DNA from: Gemmatimonadota bacterium
Lineage (GTDB): Bacteria; Gemmatimonadota; Gemmatimonadetes; Palauibacterales; Palauibacteraceae
Reading direction: 5' to 3'
NCBI GenBank assembly: GCA_039588495.1
Contig: JBDGZR010000007.1
Location: 2,301-66,300 of the forward strand
Length of the DNA stretch: 64,000 nucleotides
Part shown: in pieces, positions 28,253 to 37,870 of the stretch
Position numbering within the stretch: the first letter of the stretch is position 1
Layout: every line of letters begins with the position of its first letter
Notes under the pieces: generated by a model
Database searches by the model: none
Told to the model about the DNA's origin: nothing
Seen by the model: the letters and a program-made list of their open reading frames with translations, nothing else
Made by a program: the position numbers and the translations under genes

Positions 28253-30841
28253 TCAGTAGGCGAAGCCCATCTTGATGTAGAGGCCCTGGTCCTGGGTGCT
28301 CGTCGCGTAGGTGATGGAGAGAATGGAGCGCGTGCCCCGGAGCGCGATCCAGATCCCACCGCCGTAGCCGGTGTGGAAGCCGCCGGGCGACTCTCCGTCT
28401 ACCCAGACGCGCCCGAGATCGAACATCCCGAGGATCCCGAAGCTGGAGGGGAAGATGAGACGGTAGTCGAAGAGGTCGAGTCGAAGAGAGCCGCTCCCGT
28501 AGAGGGACGCATCTCCCGCGAACCGCTGCATCGGCCAGCCGCGGAGGCTCTCGTTTCCACCGATGTAGGCCAGATCGTAGAACGGGGTGAGACCCCAGAC
28601 CTTCTTGCCGCCCGCCCGCACCGCGAACTCCGACTGGCGCCATCCGATCGGAAAGCCCGCCCCGCTTGCCAGCTCCGCGGTACCATACGGCTCGACCACA
28701 TCCAGGATCGCCGGATAGAAGCCGCCGCCCACGTGCAGCCAGAGGTGAGGGCTCGGATCGGCCACCTCGAACAGCCCCGGCCGCCGGGTCTGGAGGTCGA
28801 ACCTGAGCAGCGTGCCCAGTGACGTGAAGTCGTCCGCGCCGTAGGGATCCAGCTGCCCGACGAGACGATCCGGGTCATCGGAGGTGTTCGAGTACCCGCC
28901 GGAGACGACGAGCGCCAGATCCGCCAGCGGCCCGAGCGACCAGCCGATGCCGCCCTCGCCCTTGAGAACGGTCTGCCTGGCGTCGAAGAAGTCGTCTCCG
29001 CTGCCGAGCCCGGGAGGAAGCACCGTGTCGTTGCCGACGCCATAGAAGTGCAGGATCTCGAGACTCGAAAGGTTGACGTCGATCGGCACGAACAAGGAGG
29101 AGTTCGCGGGCCGGAAATCGGCTTCGAACCGGAGCGCTCCCCTTCCCTTCGTCGCGACCCGTCCATCCAGCTTGAGCTTGGAGGCGTAAGGGTCCTTCCG
29201 GAAGCCGTAATCGAACCACGTGTAACCGTAGCCTAGAACCAGGAAATAGTCCGGGCTGTAGCCGATCGTCCCCATCCCGAACCCCATCCCGCCCCAGTGC
29301 CTTGGCGGAGGCTTGGAGTTGGGCGGCGGAATCAGCGGCGCATCGGGATAAGGCTTGGCGTTGACACCTCCGCTCCGCTCCCCCGTCACCCGGTTGGTGC
29401 CTCGCCAATCGTACAGGCTCACGTTCCCGGTCCGGGTCGCGAAGTGGAACTCGTCGTCTCCCGGACCCCCGATCACCCGCACCTTGACCGGGAAACCTCG
29501 GTCTCCGCGGAACACCACCCGATCATCGCCGCCGTGCATGTAGAGGCGGATCTCGCTCGTCTCGCCTCTCTCGAAGCGGCGGCGGAAGTACGGCTCCGAG
29601 TCGGGCGCCGCCGACCGGATCGAGACGTCGACTCCGCCGCCGCCGAGGGCCGTGGACACCTCGGCGATATCAGCCGCATCGGTCGCGTGCACGTACGGCT
29701 CCCGCGCCAGCAGGGCGTAGAGCTCGGAGCTCGCCTGCGGGAGGCCGTCGCGGCGGCTGACGAGAGAGCCGAGGATGAAATCACCCTCCACCGCCTGGAT
29801 CTCGGGCGGAAGCCGCTCCACCGCGCCCTCGATCACCTCGTTCGGGAGCCTCGCCGCGAGCGCCGCCGCCGTGCTGTCCCAAACCGATCGGTCGAGCTCG
29901 GTCAGGAAGCGGCGGTCCTGGAAGCGCGCGTTGTAATGGAGGTTGAGGACGTTTCCGTACGTTTCCCGGAACGTCGAGACAGCCGGAAACCGCTGGCGAC
30001 CCAGGCTCGGGAGGAGGCCGTCGAACTTGGCGAACGCCTGGTCCCGGTCCCGGGGTATCGGCCGCCAGCCGGGCGTCGAGTCGGCAAAGCTGGCCCACTT
30101 CCACTGGTCCGCATGACGATCCCAGTCGCCGACGAGCATGTCCAGGAGCCGGGCGGTGAGGTAGGCGCGCGAGTACACGCGCTCGCCCGGGCCACGCTGG
30201 ACGAGATCCATGAGCTCCTCGGAGCCGATCACGTCCTCGGCGCCGGCAAAGGCGGCGATCGCCTCCTCTTCGTCGACAGGACGCTCCTGAAGCAGCCCCA
30301 GCACCCCTGCGAATTCGTCACGGAACTCCCCCAGCGAGGCATCGTCGGGAAGCACCCAGAGGGTCGGGCGGGCATGAGGGACGCCAGCCGCCACGAGCAA
30401 CGAGTCGGCGACCAGGGCTCCGGCCGGGAACTGGGTGCTCATCTGATCCTGGGCGATGCTCTCGACGAAGGTGTTGCGCAGGAGCTCGGGTACCAGCGGT
30501 GTCGCGTTCTTGTAGACGGAGCGGAAGGCGTACGGTTTTCCGTCGGCCCCCGCGAACCAGAGAGACTTGGTCTGAAGCCCCCCGCCCGCGCTCAACGGCG
30601 TGAGTCCGCCGGCATAAACCGAAAGATCCAGAACCGGGACCTGAATGCTGGACGTCCACGCGTCCCGGTAGTGGGCGCCCCACAGGAAACGGTGGAAGCC
30701 ACCGGCCGCGTAGTCCGGACCGGGGACGACGGTAACCGTGTCGGGAGGAGCGGGCGCAGCCGTCACGCTCTGGGCGTCCGCCCGGGGGGCCGCCAGGAGA
30801 GATAGAGAAGCTCCGAGGGCGAAGATCGATCCGAGTCTCAT
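28253..30841 (-). CDS. large secreted/outer-membrane protein, 862 aa, with a C-terminal beta-barrel-like region
   Basis: Signal peptide MRLGSIFALGASLSLLAAPRADAQ. The N-terminal ~550 aa have no motif I recognise. The C-terminal 300 aa are Gly/aromatic-rich, show an alternating pattern, and end ...LYIKMGFAY (Omp85-like terminus). Confidence 0.45.
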   Translation of the reverse strand: MRLGSIFALGASLSLLAAPRADAQSVTAAPAPPDTVTVVPGPDYAAGGFHRFLWGAHYRDAWTSSIQVPVLDLSVYAGGLTPLSAGGGLQTKSLWFAGADGKPYAFRSVYKNATPLVPELLRNTFVESIAQDQMSTQFPAGALVADSLLVAAGVPHARPTLWVLPDDASLGEFRDEFAGVLGLLQERPVDEEEAIAAFAGAEDVIGSEELMDLVQRGPGERVYSRAYLTARLLDMLVGDWDRHADQWKWASFADSTPGWRPIPRDRDQAFAKFDGLLPSLGRQRFPAVSTFRETYGNVLNLHYNARFQDRRFLTELDRSVWDSTAAALAARLPNEVIEGAVERLPPEIQAVEGDFILGSLVSRRDGLPQASSELYALLAREPYVHATDAADIAEVSTALGGGGVDVSIRSAAPDSEPYFRRRFERGETSEIRLYMHGGDDRVVFRGDRGFPVKVRVIGGPGDDEFHFATRTGNVSLYDWRGTNRVTGERSGGVNAKPYPDAPLIPPPNSKPPPRHWGGMGFGMGTIGYSPDYFLVLGYGYTWFDYGFRKDPYASKLKLDGRVATKGRGALRFEADFRPANSSLFVPIDVNLSSLEILHFYGVGNDTVLPPGLGSGDDFFDARQTVLKGEGGIGWSLGPLADLALVVSGGYSNTSDDPDRLVGQLDPYGADDFTSLGTLLRFDLQTRRPGLFEVADPSPHLWLHVGGGFYPAILDVVEPYGTAELASGAGFPIGWRQSEFAVRAGGKKVWGLTPFYDLAYIGGNESLRGWPMQRFAGDASLYGSGSLRLDLFDYRLIFPSSFGILGMFDLGRVWVDGESPGGFHTGYGGGIWIALRGTRSILSITYATSTQDQGLYIKMGFAY

Positions 30842-31067
30842 GTCGCAATACCGATCCTATCCGCAGTGAGGCCGACGCCAGCCGGCTTCGACAAGGTAGC
30901 GGCCGCAGGCCGTCGGGCGAACGCCATCCATGTGGGGGAATGCCCGACACCCGGTCGCAGACTCCTCCCGATAGGCCGGGATGCCGTATCCTCGTAGCCT
31001 TTTGAAGAGTCTTAGCAGTGAATCGGTTCCATCTCCGGGCGCACCTAGAGCAGGAACGAGCTTCGAC

Positions 31068-32717
31068 GTGAAGAGGCCCGACACCTTCGATGTCTGCGTG
31101 ATCGGCACGGGGGCCGGCGGCGGTACCATGATCCGGGAGCTGACGGCCGCCGGCTTTCGGGTCGTCGCGCTCCAGCGGGGACCCTACCTCCGCAACCAGG
31201 ATTTCGTCAGCGACGATGAGCTGACGACCGCACGGCTCTTCTCACCCGACCAGATCGAGACCTGGCGCCGCGACGAGAACAGCCCCGAGGAACGAGGGCG
31301 CTTCAACTACGTCGCGCACTGCGTGGGCGGCACCATGACCATCTGGGGCGCCTGGAACTGGCGGTTCCGGCCGGACGAGTTCCGAGTGCTCTCCACCGAG
31401 GGCCCGGTGCCGGGAGCCAGCCTGGCGGATTGGCCCGTCCAATACGAGGAGCTCGAGCCGTACTACGAGCGTGCCGAGTGGGACTTCGGGGTGGCGGGAG
31501 ACGCCGGAGCCAACCTGTTCGGTCCTCCGAGGAAGCGCGGCTTTCCCAACCCGCCGATACCCGAGCGCACGGCCGCCCGCCGGTTCGGCATCGGCGGCGC
31601 ACGGCTGGGCTACCATCCCTTCCCCACCCCGATGGCGATCAACACGCAGCCCTACGGCTCGAGGGCGGGCTGTCTCTACGGCGGCGCCTGCTCCGGTTTC
31701 GGCTGTCCGATGGGCGCCAAGGCGACGACGCTGTCCGTGTCGGTTCCGAAGGCGGAGGCTTCGGGGCTGCTGGACCTCCGGCCCTACTCGCTCGCCTTCG
31801 AGATCACGCTCGGGAAGCACGGATACGCGCGTAGCGTCCGATACCTGGATCAGGAAACGGGGGGGGAGCGAGAGGTCTTCGCACGCCACATCGTCGTGGC
31901 CGGAAACGCGATCGGCACGCCCCACCTGCTCCAGATGTCCATGTCCGGCGCCTTCCCGGACGGGCTCGGGAACTCGAGCGGACTGGTGGGCCGGAACCTC
32001 ATGTTCCACATGGTGGTCCAGGCCTCCTACGTGATCGACGAAGCGGCGCACGGCTTCGCCGGGCTCGAGACCCACAAGGCGATCGACGACCTTCACCCCA
32101 GCGATCCGAGCCGCGGTTTCATCCGCGGCGGTGTGGTCATCGAGGCGAACTTCCCGCAGAAGCAACCGCTGGCTTACGCCCTGGTCAGCCACGCCGGATA
32201 CGGGAACGGAGGGCCGGCGTGGGGACGCGAGTTCAAGGACTACCTGCGGAAGTTCCCCCGGATCGCCGGGGCCGCGGCCCTTCTCGAGGATCTCCCGATG
32301 GAGGAGAACCGGATCGATCTCAACCCACACGTGACGGACGCCTACGGCCTCCCTGCCCCGCGGATCACCCACAGGCAGCACCCCAACGATCTGGCCATGG
32401 CCGCCTGGTACGAAAAGCGGCTCCTCGAGATCGCCGACGCGGCCGGCGGCCAGGAGAGCTGGGTGCCGATCACCGTGACCGCGGACCGGCCCATGAGAGG
32501 AGGCTCGCACCTCATGGGGACGTGCCGCATGGGGACCGATCCTGAGCGCTCCGTGGTGGACCGTTGGTGCCGGAGCCACGACGTCCCGAACCTCTGGATC
32601 GTGGACGGCAGCGTCTTCCCGACATCCGCGGGCTACAATCCCACACTCACCATCCTCGCCAACGCGTATCGGGTGGCCGACCACTTCGTCGCCGAGGCTA
32701 GGAAGGGAGCGTTGTGA
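31068..32717 (+). CDS. GMC-family FAD-dependent oxidoreductase (gluconate-2-dehydrogenase flavoprotein-like)
   Basis: GTG start placed before FDVCVIGTGAGGG (dinucleotide-binding fold). The C-terminus carries GGSHLMGTCRMG...VVDRWCRSHDVPNLWIVDGSVFP, the GMC active-site region. Confidence 0.75.
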   Translation: MKRPDTFDVCVIGTGAGGGTMIRELTAAGFRVVALQRGPYLRNQDFVSDDELTTARLFSPDQIETWRRDENSPEERGRFNYVAHCVGGTMTIWGAWNWRFRPDEFRVLSTEGPVPGASLADWPVQYEELEPYYERAEWDFGVAGDAGANLFGPPRKRGFPNPPIPERTAARRFGIGGARLGYHPFPTPMAINTQPYGSRAGCLYGGACSGFGCPMGAKATTLSVSVPKAEASGLLDLRPYSLAFEITLGKHGYARSVRYLDQETGGEREVFARHIVVAGNAIGTPHLLQMSMSGAFPDGLGNSSGLVGRNLMFHMVVQASYVIDEAAHGFAGLETHKAIDDLHPSDPSRGFIRGGVVIEANFPQKQPLAYALVSHAGYGNGGPAWGREFKDYLRKFPRIAGAAALLEDLPMEENRIDLNPHVTDAYGLPAPRITHRQHPNDLAMAAWYEKRLLEIADAAGGQESWVPITVTADRPMRGGSHLMGTCRMGTDPERSVVDRWCRSHDVPNLWIVDGSVFPTSAGYNPTLTILANAYRVADHFVAEARKGAL

Positions 32718-33370
32718 TGCTTCCCCTCCCCGTGCTGGATCCGCAGCCCCGCTCCAGGCTGACCAGAAGGGAGTTCTTCGCCCGGAGCGCCCTCTGCGGG
32801 AGTACCCTGTGGCTTCTCTGGAGCCTGCCGCGTCCCCTGGCCCTGAAAGCCTCGCGCCAGTCCACCGAGCGTCTCGTCTTCTCTGAGGCCGAATGGAAGC
32901 TCGTCGAAGCAATCAGCGGCCGGATCATCCCCACGGACGAAGATCCCGGGGCCGTCGAAGCGGGTTGCGTGAATTTCATCGACAAGGCCCTGGCGTACGA
33001 AGAAGCGGATCTGCGGAGCCTGTACCAGGCCGCACTGAGAGCCATAGACGGCCTGGGGGAGGCCCGCTTCGGCCAGCCCTTCGTCGACCAACCGGCGGAG
33101 CGGCAGGACGAGATCCTCCGGGCGCTCGAGTCCGGTGACGTGCCCGGCTGGTCCTCCGACAGGGCATCGCCCGGCGAGTTCCTTCAGATCATATGTACCC
33201 ACACGATCATCGGGTTCCTGGCCGACCCGTCGTACGGGGGAAACCGGGACTACGCGGGATGGAAGCTGATCGGCTATCCGGGGCCGCGGCACGAGTTCGG
33301 CGGGTACACGCCGAAGCAGATGATCGGAGAGGAGAAGATCCAGACGGTCTGGGGCGGCGAGACGGACTGA
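32714..33370 (+). CDS. gluconate 2-dehydrogenase subunit-3-like protein with a Tat signal
   Basis: ATGA overlap with the GMC gene. Twin-arginine motif SRLTRREFFARSAL. Family-typical DEDPGAVEAGCVNFID. Confidence 0.65.
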   Translation: MMLPLPVLDPQPRSRLTRREFFARSALCGSTLWLLWSLPRPLALKASRQSTERLVFSEAEWKLVEAISGRIIPTDEDPGAVEAGCVNFIDKALAYEEADLRSLYQAALRAIDGLGEARFGQPFVDQPAERQDEILRALESGDVPGWSSDRASPGEFLQIICTHTIIGFLADPSYGGNRDYAGWKLIGYPGPRHEFGGYTPKQMIGEEKIQTVWGGETD

Positions 33371-33436
33371 CCTCGGCCACAGCGGCCGAGGGAATACCAG
33401 TCGGGGGGTTGAGTATCGGGCTGGCGAGCCTACCCT

Positions 33437-34654
33437 CTAGCGGCCCTTTCTTCTTCGAACACCTCTCGACAGCGCCGAGCGCGGCCGGTCGTCCGTGCCG
33501 GTGCCGTTCTTCGCGGCGAGGCCCGGTCCCGGTGTCGGCGGCGTCGTCGAAGGCTCGTAATCCGGTACGATCTCCCGCTCGATGGTCTCGCCCATGAGGG
33601 TCTCGATGTCCCGGACGAGGTGCCAGTCGTTTGGCGACATGAGGGTCACCGCTTCGCCGGTGTCGTCCCCGCGGGCGGTGCGGCCTACGCGGTGGACGTA
33701 GTCCCGAGGATCGTCGGGAACGTCGAAGTTGATGACGTGCCTGATCCCGCAGATGTCCAGCCCTCGCGCCGCCACGTTCGTAGCAACCAGCACCCGCGTC
33801 TCTCCGGAGCGGAAGCTCTCCAGGCTCCGGTCACGCAGACGCTGGGGCTTGCCGCCGTGAAGGTCATCGACCGAGACGCCGCTCGACTCGAAATACTCGG
33901 CGAGATAGCTCGTCGTGTCTCGTCTCCGGGTGAAGATCAGCACCTGGCCGGCAGTCCTCTCCTCGAGCAGATGGAGCAGCAGCTGGTGCTTGGCCGGCCA
34001 ATCCACGGGGTGAATGACCTGCCGGATTCCCTCGGCCGCCCTCTCGAGCCCCACCTCGACGCGCACCGGATCTTCCATCATCTCGTGCGCGAGCCAGAGC
34101 ACCCCACCCGGCATGGTGGCCGAGAAGAGCAGCGTCTGCCGGGTCCGGGGGGTGGCACGGACGATCGCTTTCACGTCGTCGATGAACCCCATGTCCAGCA
34201 TGCGGTCGGCCTCGTCCAGCACCAGGACCTCGACCTCCGAGAGGTCTGCCGAGCCCCGGCGTATGTGGTCGAGGAGCCTACCGGGCGTGGCGACGAGCAC
34301 GTCGCAGCCGTAGCCCAGCTCCCGTGCCTCGGATCCGACGTGCGTCCCGCCGTGCACGACGACGCATTCCACATCGGAGGTGAGCGCGTAGGTCTCGATC
34401 GCAGCGCCTACCTGCTGCGCGAGCTCGCGAGTCGGGGTGATGACGAGGCCTCTGGGTCGGCCGTGAACGGCGTCGTCGCTCAGACGCTGGATCATCGGAA
34501 GCGTGAACGCCGCGGTCTTCCCCGTTCCCGTGTTGGCGGTCGCCAGCAAATCCCGGCCCTCCAGAGCCGCCGGGACGGCCTGCCGCTGGATCTCCGTGGG
34601 CCGGGTGTAGCCCGCTCGCAGGACGGCGTCCAACAGCCTGGGCGCCAGCCCCAA
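33437..34654 (-). CDS. DEAD-box ATP-dependent RNA helicase
   Basis: Q-motif (PTEIQRQAVP), motif I ANTGTGKTAAF, motif Ia PTRELAQQ, DEAD as VLDEADRML, SAT, HRVGRTARG. The annotated start is a TTG. The conserved upstream F...LGL residues are encoded in frame but lack an ATG/GTG start. Confidence 0.8.
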   Translation of the reverse strand: MGLAPRLLDAVLRAGYTRPTEIQRQAVPAALEGRDLLATANTGTGKTAAFTLPMIQRLSDDAVHGRPRGLVITPTRELAQQVGAAIETYALTSDVECVVVHGGTHVGSEARELGYGCDVLVATPGRLLDHIRRGSADLSEVEVLVLDEADRMLDMGFIDDVKAIVRATPRTRQTLLFSATMPGGVLWLAHEMMEDPVRVEVGLERAAEGIRQVIHPVDWPAKHQLLLHLLEERTAGQVLIFTRRRDTTSYLAEYFESSGVSVDDLHGGKPQRLRDRSLESFRSGETRVLVATNVAARGLDICGIRHVINFDVPDDPRDYVHRVGRTARGDDTGEAVTLMSPNDWHLVRDIETLMGETIEREIVPDYEPSTTPPTPGPGLAAKNGTGTDDRPRSALSRGVRRRKGR

Positions 34655-34933
34655 TTCGGCGAAGGTCGCGTCCGGGGACGCTATGTCCGTCAGCTCGCTT
34701 TGAGTGTTTGCAGCGGATGCGGCCTGATCTGTGTCGTTGTGATGTGTTTCGAGGTCGATAATCGTTGATTCCTCGGATGGCGTTGCTGATCGTGAATGCC
34801 CCGGCCGCGCGGGGCTAGGGTGGGAAACCTCCGGATACCCGACATGCTGCCTTCTGATCCCGGGGGCGTGGCCCTCCCCGGGCGCGAGCCATGCCGAGCA
34901 GCCTCGACCGGCCCGGCGTGCCGAGCCGTCAGC

Positions 34934-35224
34934 TCAGCGCACGACCTGGTACGTCCGGAGATCCAGATCCCCGGCGAGCAGATCAGGGAAGTTCGCGATG
35001 GCGTTCTGGATATGCTCGGTCTCGAAGTGGGCCTCGAGCGCTTCCTCGCTCGTCCACTCCTCGACGAAGGTGAACTTGGCCGGGTCCTCCAGGCTCTCGA
35101 GCATCTCGTAGCTGACGCAGCCTGCCTCCTGCCTGGTCGGAACGACGAGCCCCTCCAGCAGCTCCCGAAGCTCGCTCGCCTTCTCGGGATGAGCCTGCAG
35201 GTGGGCGACCACTCGAATGGCCAT
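34934..35224 (-). CDS. antibiotic-biosynthesis-monooxygenase (ABM) domain protein
   Basis: 96 aa with an ABM fold pattern (VAHLQAHPEK...EPGCVSYEM...EEWTSEEALEAHFETEH). Confidence 0.65.
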   Translation of the reverse strand: MAIRVVAHLQAHPEKASELRELLEGLVVPTRQEAGCVSYEMLESLEDPAKFTFVEEWTSEEALEAHFETEHIQNAIANFPDLLAGDLDLRTYQVVR

Positions 35225-35824
35225 CTACTCTTCCTTTTTCTTTACCCGGGGCCGGAACCCGACGGTGAGGAACAGGTTGAAGGAAGCGCCCATGTTGTCG
35301 GAGCCGACGATGAGGAAGGTGTAGGGCTCGGCCGCGACGTACCAGTGTCCCAGCTGGTAACCGAACGCCACGCCGCCCGACAGATCCAGCGCGGTCTCGC
35401 TGATCTTGCCCTCGATGCTCCCGCGCTCCGTGGTGATGAAGGCCGCCGCGATGTTCCCGGCCCCCCTGATCATGAAGGGCTTGTCCAGAAACGCTCCGCC
35501 GCCCTCGATGCCCAGGAAGGTGGACTTCTGATCAAAGAACTCGTCGTCACGCACAAACGTTCCGCCGCCGTTGTACATGGCCCACGCGCCGACGTAGGCC
35601 GGCTGGCCGAAGAGCAGCGGGAACTCGATCCCGACCGAGCCGCCGACCATGCCGCCGTACCCGTCGCCGAAGCCGTATCCGCCCTGCAGCCGCCCGGCGA
35701 ACAAGCCGTATCCGCCCTGCAGCCGCCCGGCGAACTGCGCCTGCGCCGCGCCCGGCGACGCGGCCAGGGCGAGCAGGATGAGCAGCGAGCCCATGACGAT
35801 TCGGGCGCTACGCCGGTCTTGCAT
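35225..35824 (-). CDS. Gly-rich secreted protein, OM-barrel-like
   Basis: Signal peptide MQDRRSARIVMGSLLILLALAASPGAAQA. Contains the tandem peptide repeat FAGRLQGGYG x2, encoded by a perfect 33-bp DNA duplication. Its stop abuts the ABM gene start. Confidence 0.5.
   Translation of the reverse strand: MQDRRSARIVMGSLLILLALAASPGAAQAQFAGRLQGGYGLFAGRLQGGYGFGDGYGGMVGGSVGIEFPLLFGQPAYVGAWAMYNGGGTFVRDDEFFDQKSTFLGIEGGGAFLDKPFMIRGAGNIAAAFITTERGSIEGKISETALDLSGGVAFGYQLGHWYVAAEPYTFLIVGSDNMGASFNLFLTVGFRPRVKKKEE
35668..35733. repeat. perfect 33-bp tandem duplication (AAGCCGTATCCGCCCTGCAGCCGCCCGGCGAAC x2) inside the 35225..35824 CDS
   Basis: Seen directly in the sequence. It is in frame and encodes FAGRLQGGYG twice. 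Confidence 0.8.
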
Positions 35825-35955
35825 GGATCACATCCTTTCAGCTCGAACCCTGAGTCGCGTTCCAACCGGGAGCTCGGGGGGGGAATCTTCACTCTGCCAT
35901 CGCGCGGCGCCAGGCGCGGACCGCGATCGGAGTCGGCCTAGGGCGGGCCGACCGC

Positions 35956-36678
35956 TCAGCGTAGATCCGGATTGAAAAAGAAGGCGAACTGCAACCGACG
36001 GAAGATCCGATCCTGGAAGATCTGCCACAGAAAGCCCGTATGAAAGCACATCGTACGGGTGATCTGATAGGCCAGCGCGACATAGACCCGATCCTGGTCG
36101 AAGGCCCTCTCGCGCCCGCCCGTGTTGATGAAGAGCTCGTTGTAGGAGGCGAGGAAAAGGGTGTTCGGCTGGATCGTCTTTCGGGTCAACGGAAACTGCA
36201 GCAGGAGCATATACCTGAGCCGGGTCGAGAAGCCGGTCTCCTCGGCTTCATCGAGCCGGATCCACCTCTCCTCGAACCGATACCTGTGGAAGAGCCGGAC
36301 TCGCCAAACGGGGCTTCGAAGGATCAGCTGCTGGAAGAAGTGGTTCTGACTGGTGCCGATGCCCTCCTCCTCGAACGGCCAGCTCTTCACGTAGGTATAG
36401 CCCAAGCTGAAGAACGGGCCGTTGTTCAGGTGGAAGTTGACGGCCGGCCTGAGGATCAGCACATGGGGATTGGAGGCGGCCTCCCACGTCCAGTACTCCA
36501 CTTCCGTATGGATGCTGAAACGGTCGCTGATCCGGTTGTCCCCGAAGTACTGGAGCCAGGTTCCGAGTCGGTCGCTCGGATCGTCCTGTGCACTGAGCGG
36601 GGTGGCGGAGAGGGCGGAGAGAAGGAGCGCGAAGCAGAGGTACGCAGCTGCCGCTGACGCCGCACGCGCAGAAGACAC
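35956..36678 (-). CDS. secreted DUF2490-like protein
   Basis: Signal peptide, then the Trp/Tyr/Phe-rich pattern typical of DUF2490 (TWLQYFGDNRISDRFSIHTEVEYW...). Confidence 0.45.
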   Translation of the reverse strand: MSSARAASAAAAYLCFALLLSALSATPLSAQDDPSDRLGTWLQYFGDNRISDRFSIHTEVEYWTWEAASNPHVLILRPAVNFHLNNGPFFSLGYTYVKSWPFEEEGIGTSQNHFFQQLILRSPVWRVRLFHRYRFEERWIRLDEAEETGFSTRLRYMLLLQFPLTRKTIQPNTLFLASYNELFINTGGRERAFDQDRVYVALAYQITRTMCFHTGFLWQIFQDRIFRRLQFAFFFNPDLR

Positions 36679-36960
36679 GGTCTTTCGACTTTCCCACCCG
36701 CGGGTCGGACGAGGCTCGAGCCACGCCCGCCGGGTGTTCTACGACGATCTATTCACTTCTGAACCCGCCGCAGGCGCCCGAAGGGCGAACGAGGCGAAAA
36801 CGACGGATCCCTCGGCGACACCACGATGTCACGAAAGGAGGATATGAGGGAGTCGGGAAGTTCTCATATCCGCGTGTGGTGGAAAGTCTTACGCGGGGAA
36901 CCCTCGCCGGGAGGGCTCCCCGCGCTCAACAGGCATCGATGAGGAGCTCGAAGCGCGCGT

Positions 36961-37776
36961 TCAGGGAAGAGCGGCGATCCAGGCGCCGTCCTCCAACCAC
37001 TTTTTACGCAGCTGCTCGAGGAGCCCCGTCTTCTCGAACGCGTCGAGATAGTTATCGATGAGGTTGTGGAGCATCGGATCGTTGCCCGGCATCGCGATGC
37101 CGATGGGCTCGATCGTCAGTGGCTCCCGCAACGTGGCCAGGCCCTCGTTCGGGAACCGCATCAGAGAGAGCAGACAGATCGGCATGTCCGCCACGAGCGC
37201 GTCGATCGCTCCCGCCATGAGCATGTTCACGGCCTCGTCGTAATCCGACACCGTGATCAGCTGCGCGTTGGGCGTGTACCTCTCGGCGAACTCCTGACTC
37301 GTCGAGTTCGACAGAGCGGCCAGCCGGATCTCGGGCGTGTTGAGATCCTCGGTGTTGCTCGCGGCGGCCAGAGTCGTGGACTTCGTGAGGATCGACTTGC
37401 CCGAGAGCATGTACGGCCCCACGAACGCGGACGTCTGCGCCCGCCGGGGCGTGATCGCCATGCCCGACATCACCAAGTCCACCGCCCCCTCGTCCATCGC
37501 GCCGAGCAGCTCCCCGAACGGACGGTTCACGATCTCGAGCTCCATGCCCATCGCCCCGGCAATCAGGTTGGCGAGGTCCACCTCGAGGCCGAGCATCTGG
37601 CCGCCGCGCCCGCGCACGTTGAACGGAGGCTGGTTGGCGGACATTCCCACACGAAGCGTCCCGCTCTGGACGATGCGGTCCAGAACCGGCGACTCCTGCG
37701 CCTCGACCGTGGCGCTCGCCGCCAGCAGGCCGGTCCCGAGCGCCAGGCCCAGGAAGAGGTTCCGTAGATTAGCCAA
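36961..37776 (-). CDS. periplasmic amino-acid-binding protein (ABC/solute-binding family 3)
   Basis: Signal peptide plus SBP_bac_3-like motifs (GTLRVGMSANQPPF, DLVMSGMAITPRR). No permease or ATPase gene sits next to it. Confidence 0.7.
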   Translation of the reverse strand: MANLRNLFLGLALGTGLLAASATVEAQESPVLDRIVQSGTLRVGMSANQPPFNVRGRGGQMLGLEVDLANLIAGAMGMELEIVNRPFGELLGAMDEGAVDLVMSGMAITPRRAQTSAFVGPYMLSGKSILTKSTTLAAASNTEDLNTPEIRLAALSNSTSQEFAERYTPNAQLITVSDYDEAVNMLMAGAIDALVADMPICLLSLMRFPNEGLATLREPLTIEPIGIAMPGNDPMLHNLIDNYLDAFEKTGLLEQLRKKWLEDGAWIAALP

Positions 37777-37870
37777 TTCTATCTCCTTTGCTAGTCGTGT
37801 TCTCTTGCGTGCGTGCAGTTTGGCGCCGAGCAGACGCGGGCGCTACCGCATGCTGCCACGAGAATCCGGT

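Noticed and set aside
36830-36940. 32-codon ORF (MRESGSSHIRVWWKVLRGEPSPGGLPALNRHR) with a strong AAAGGAGG RBS, overlapping an 8-bp-stem hairpin (GATATGAG...CTCATATC) and a CCCTC/GAGGG hairpin
   Set aside because: It is too short, without conservation evidence. The hairpins lack a U-tract so they cannot be called intrinsic terminators. More likely this is incidental structure in the 3' region of the solute-binding-protein gene.
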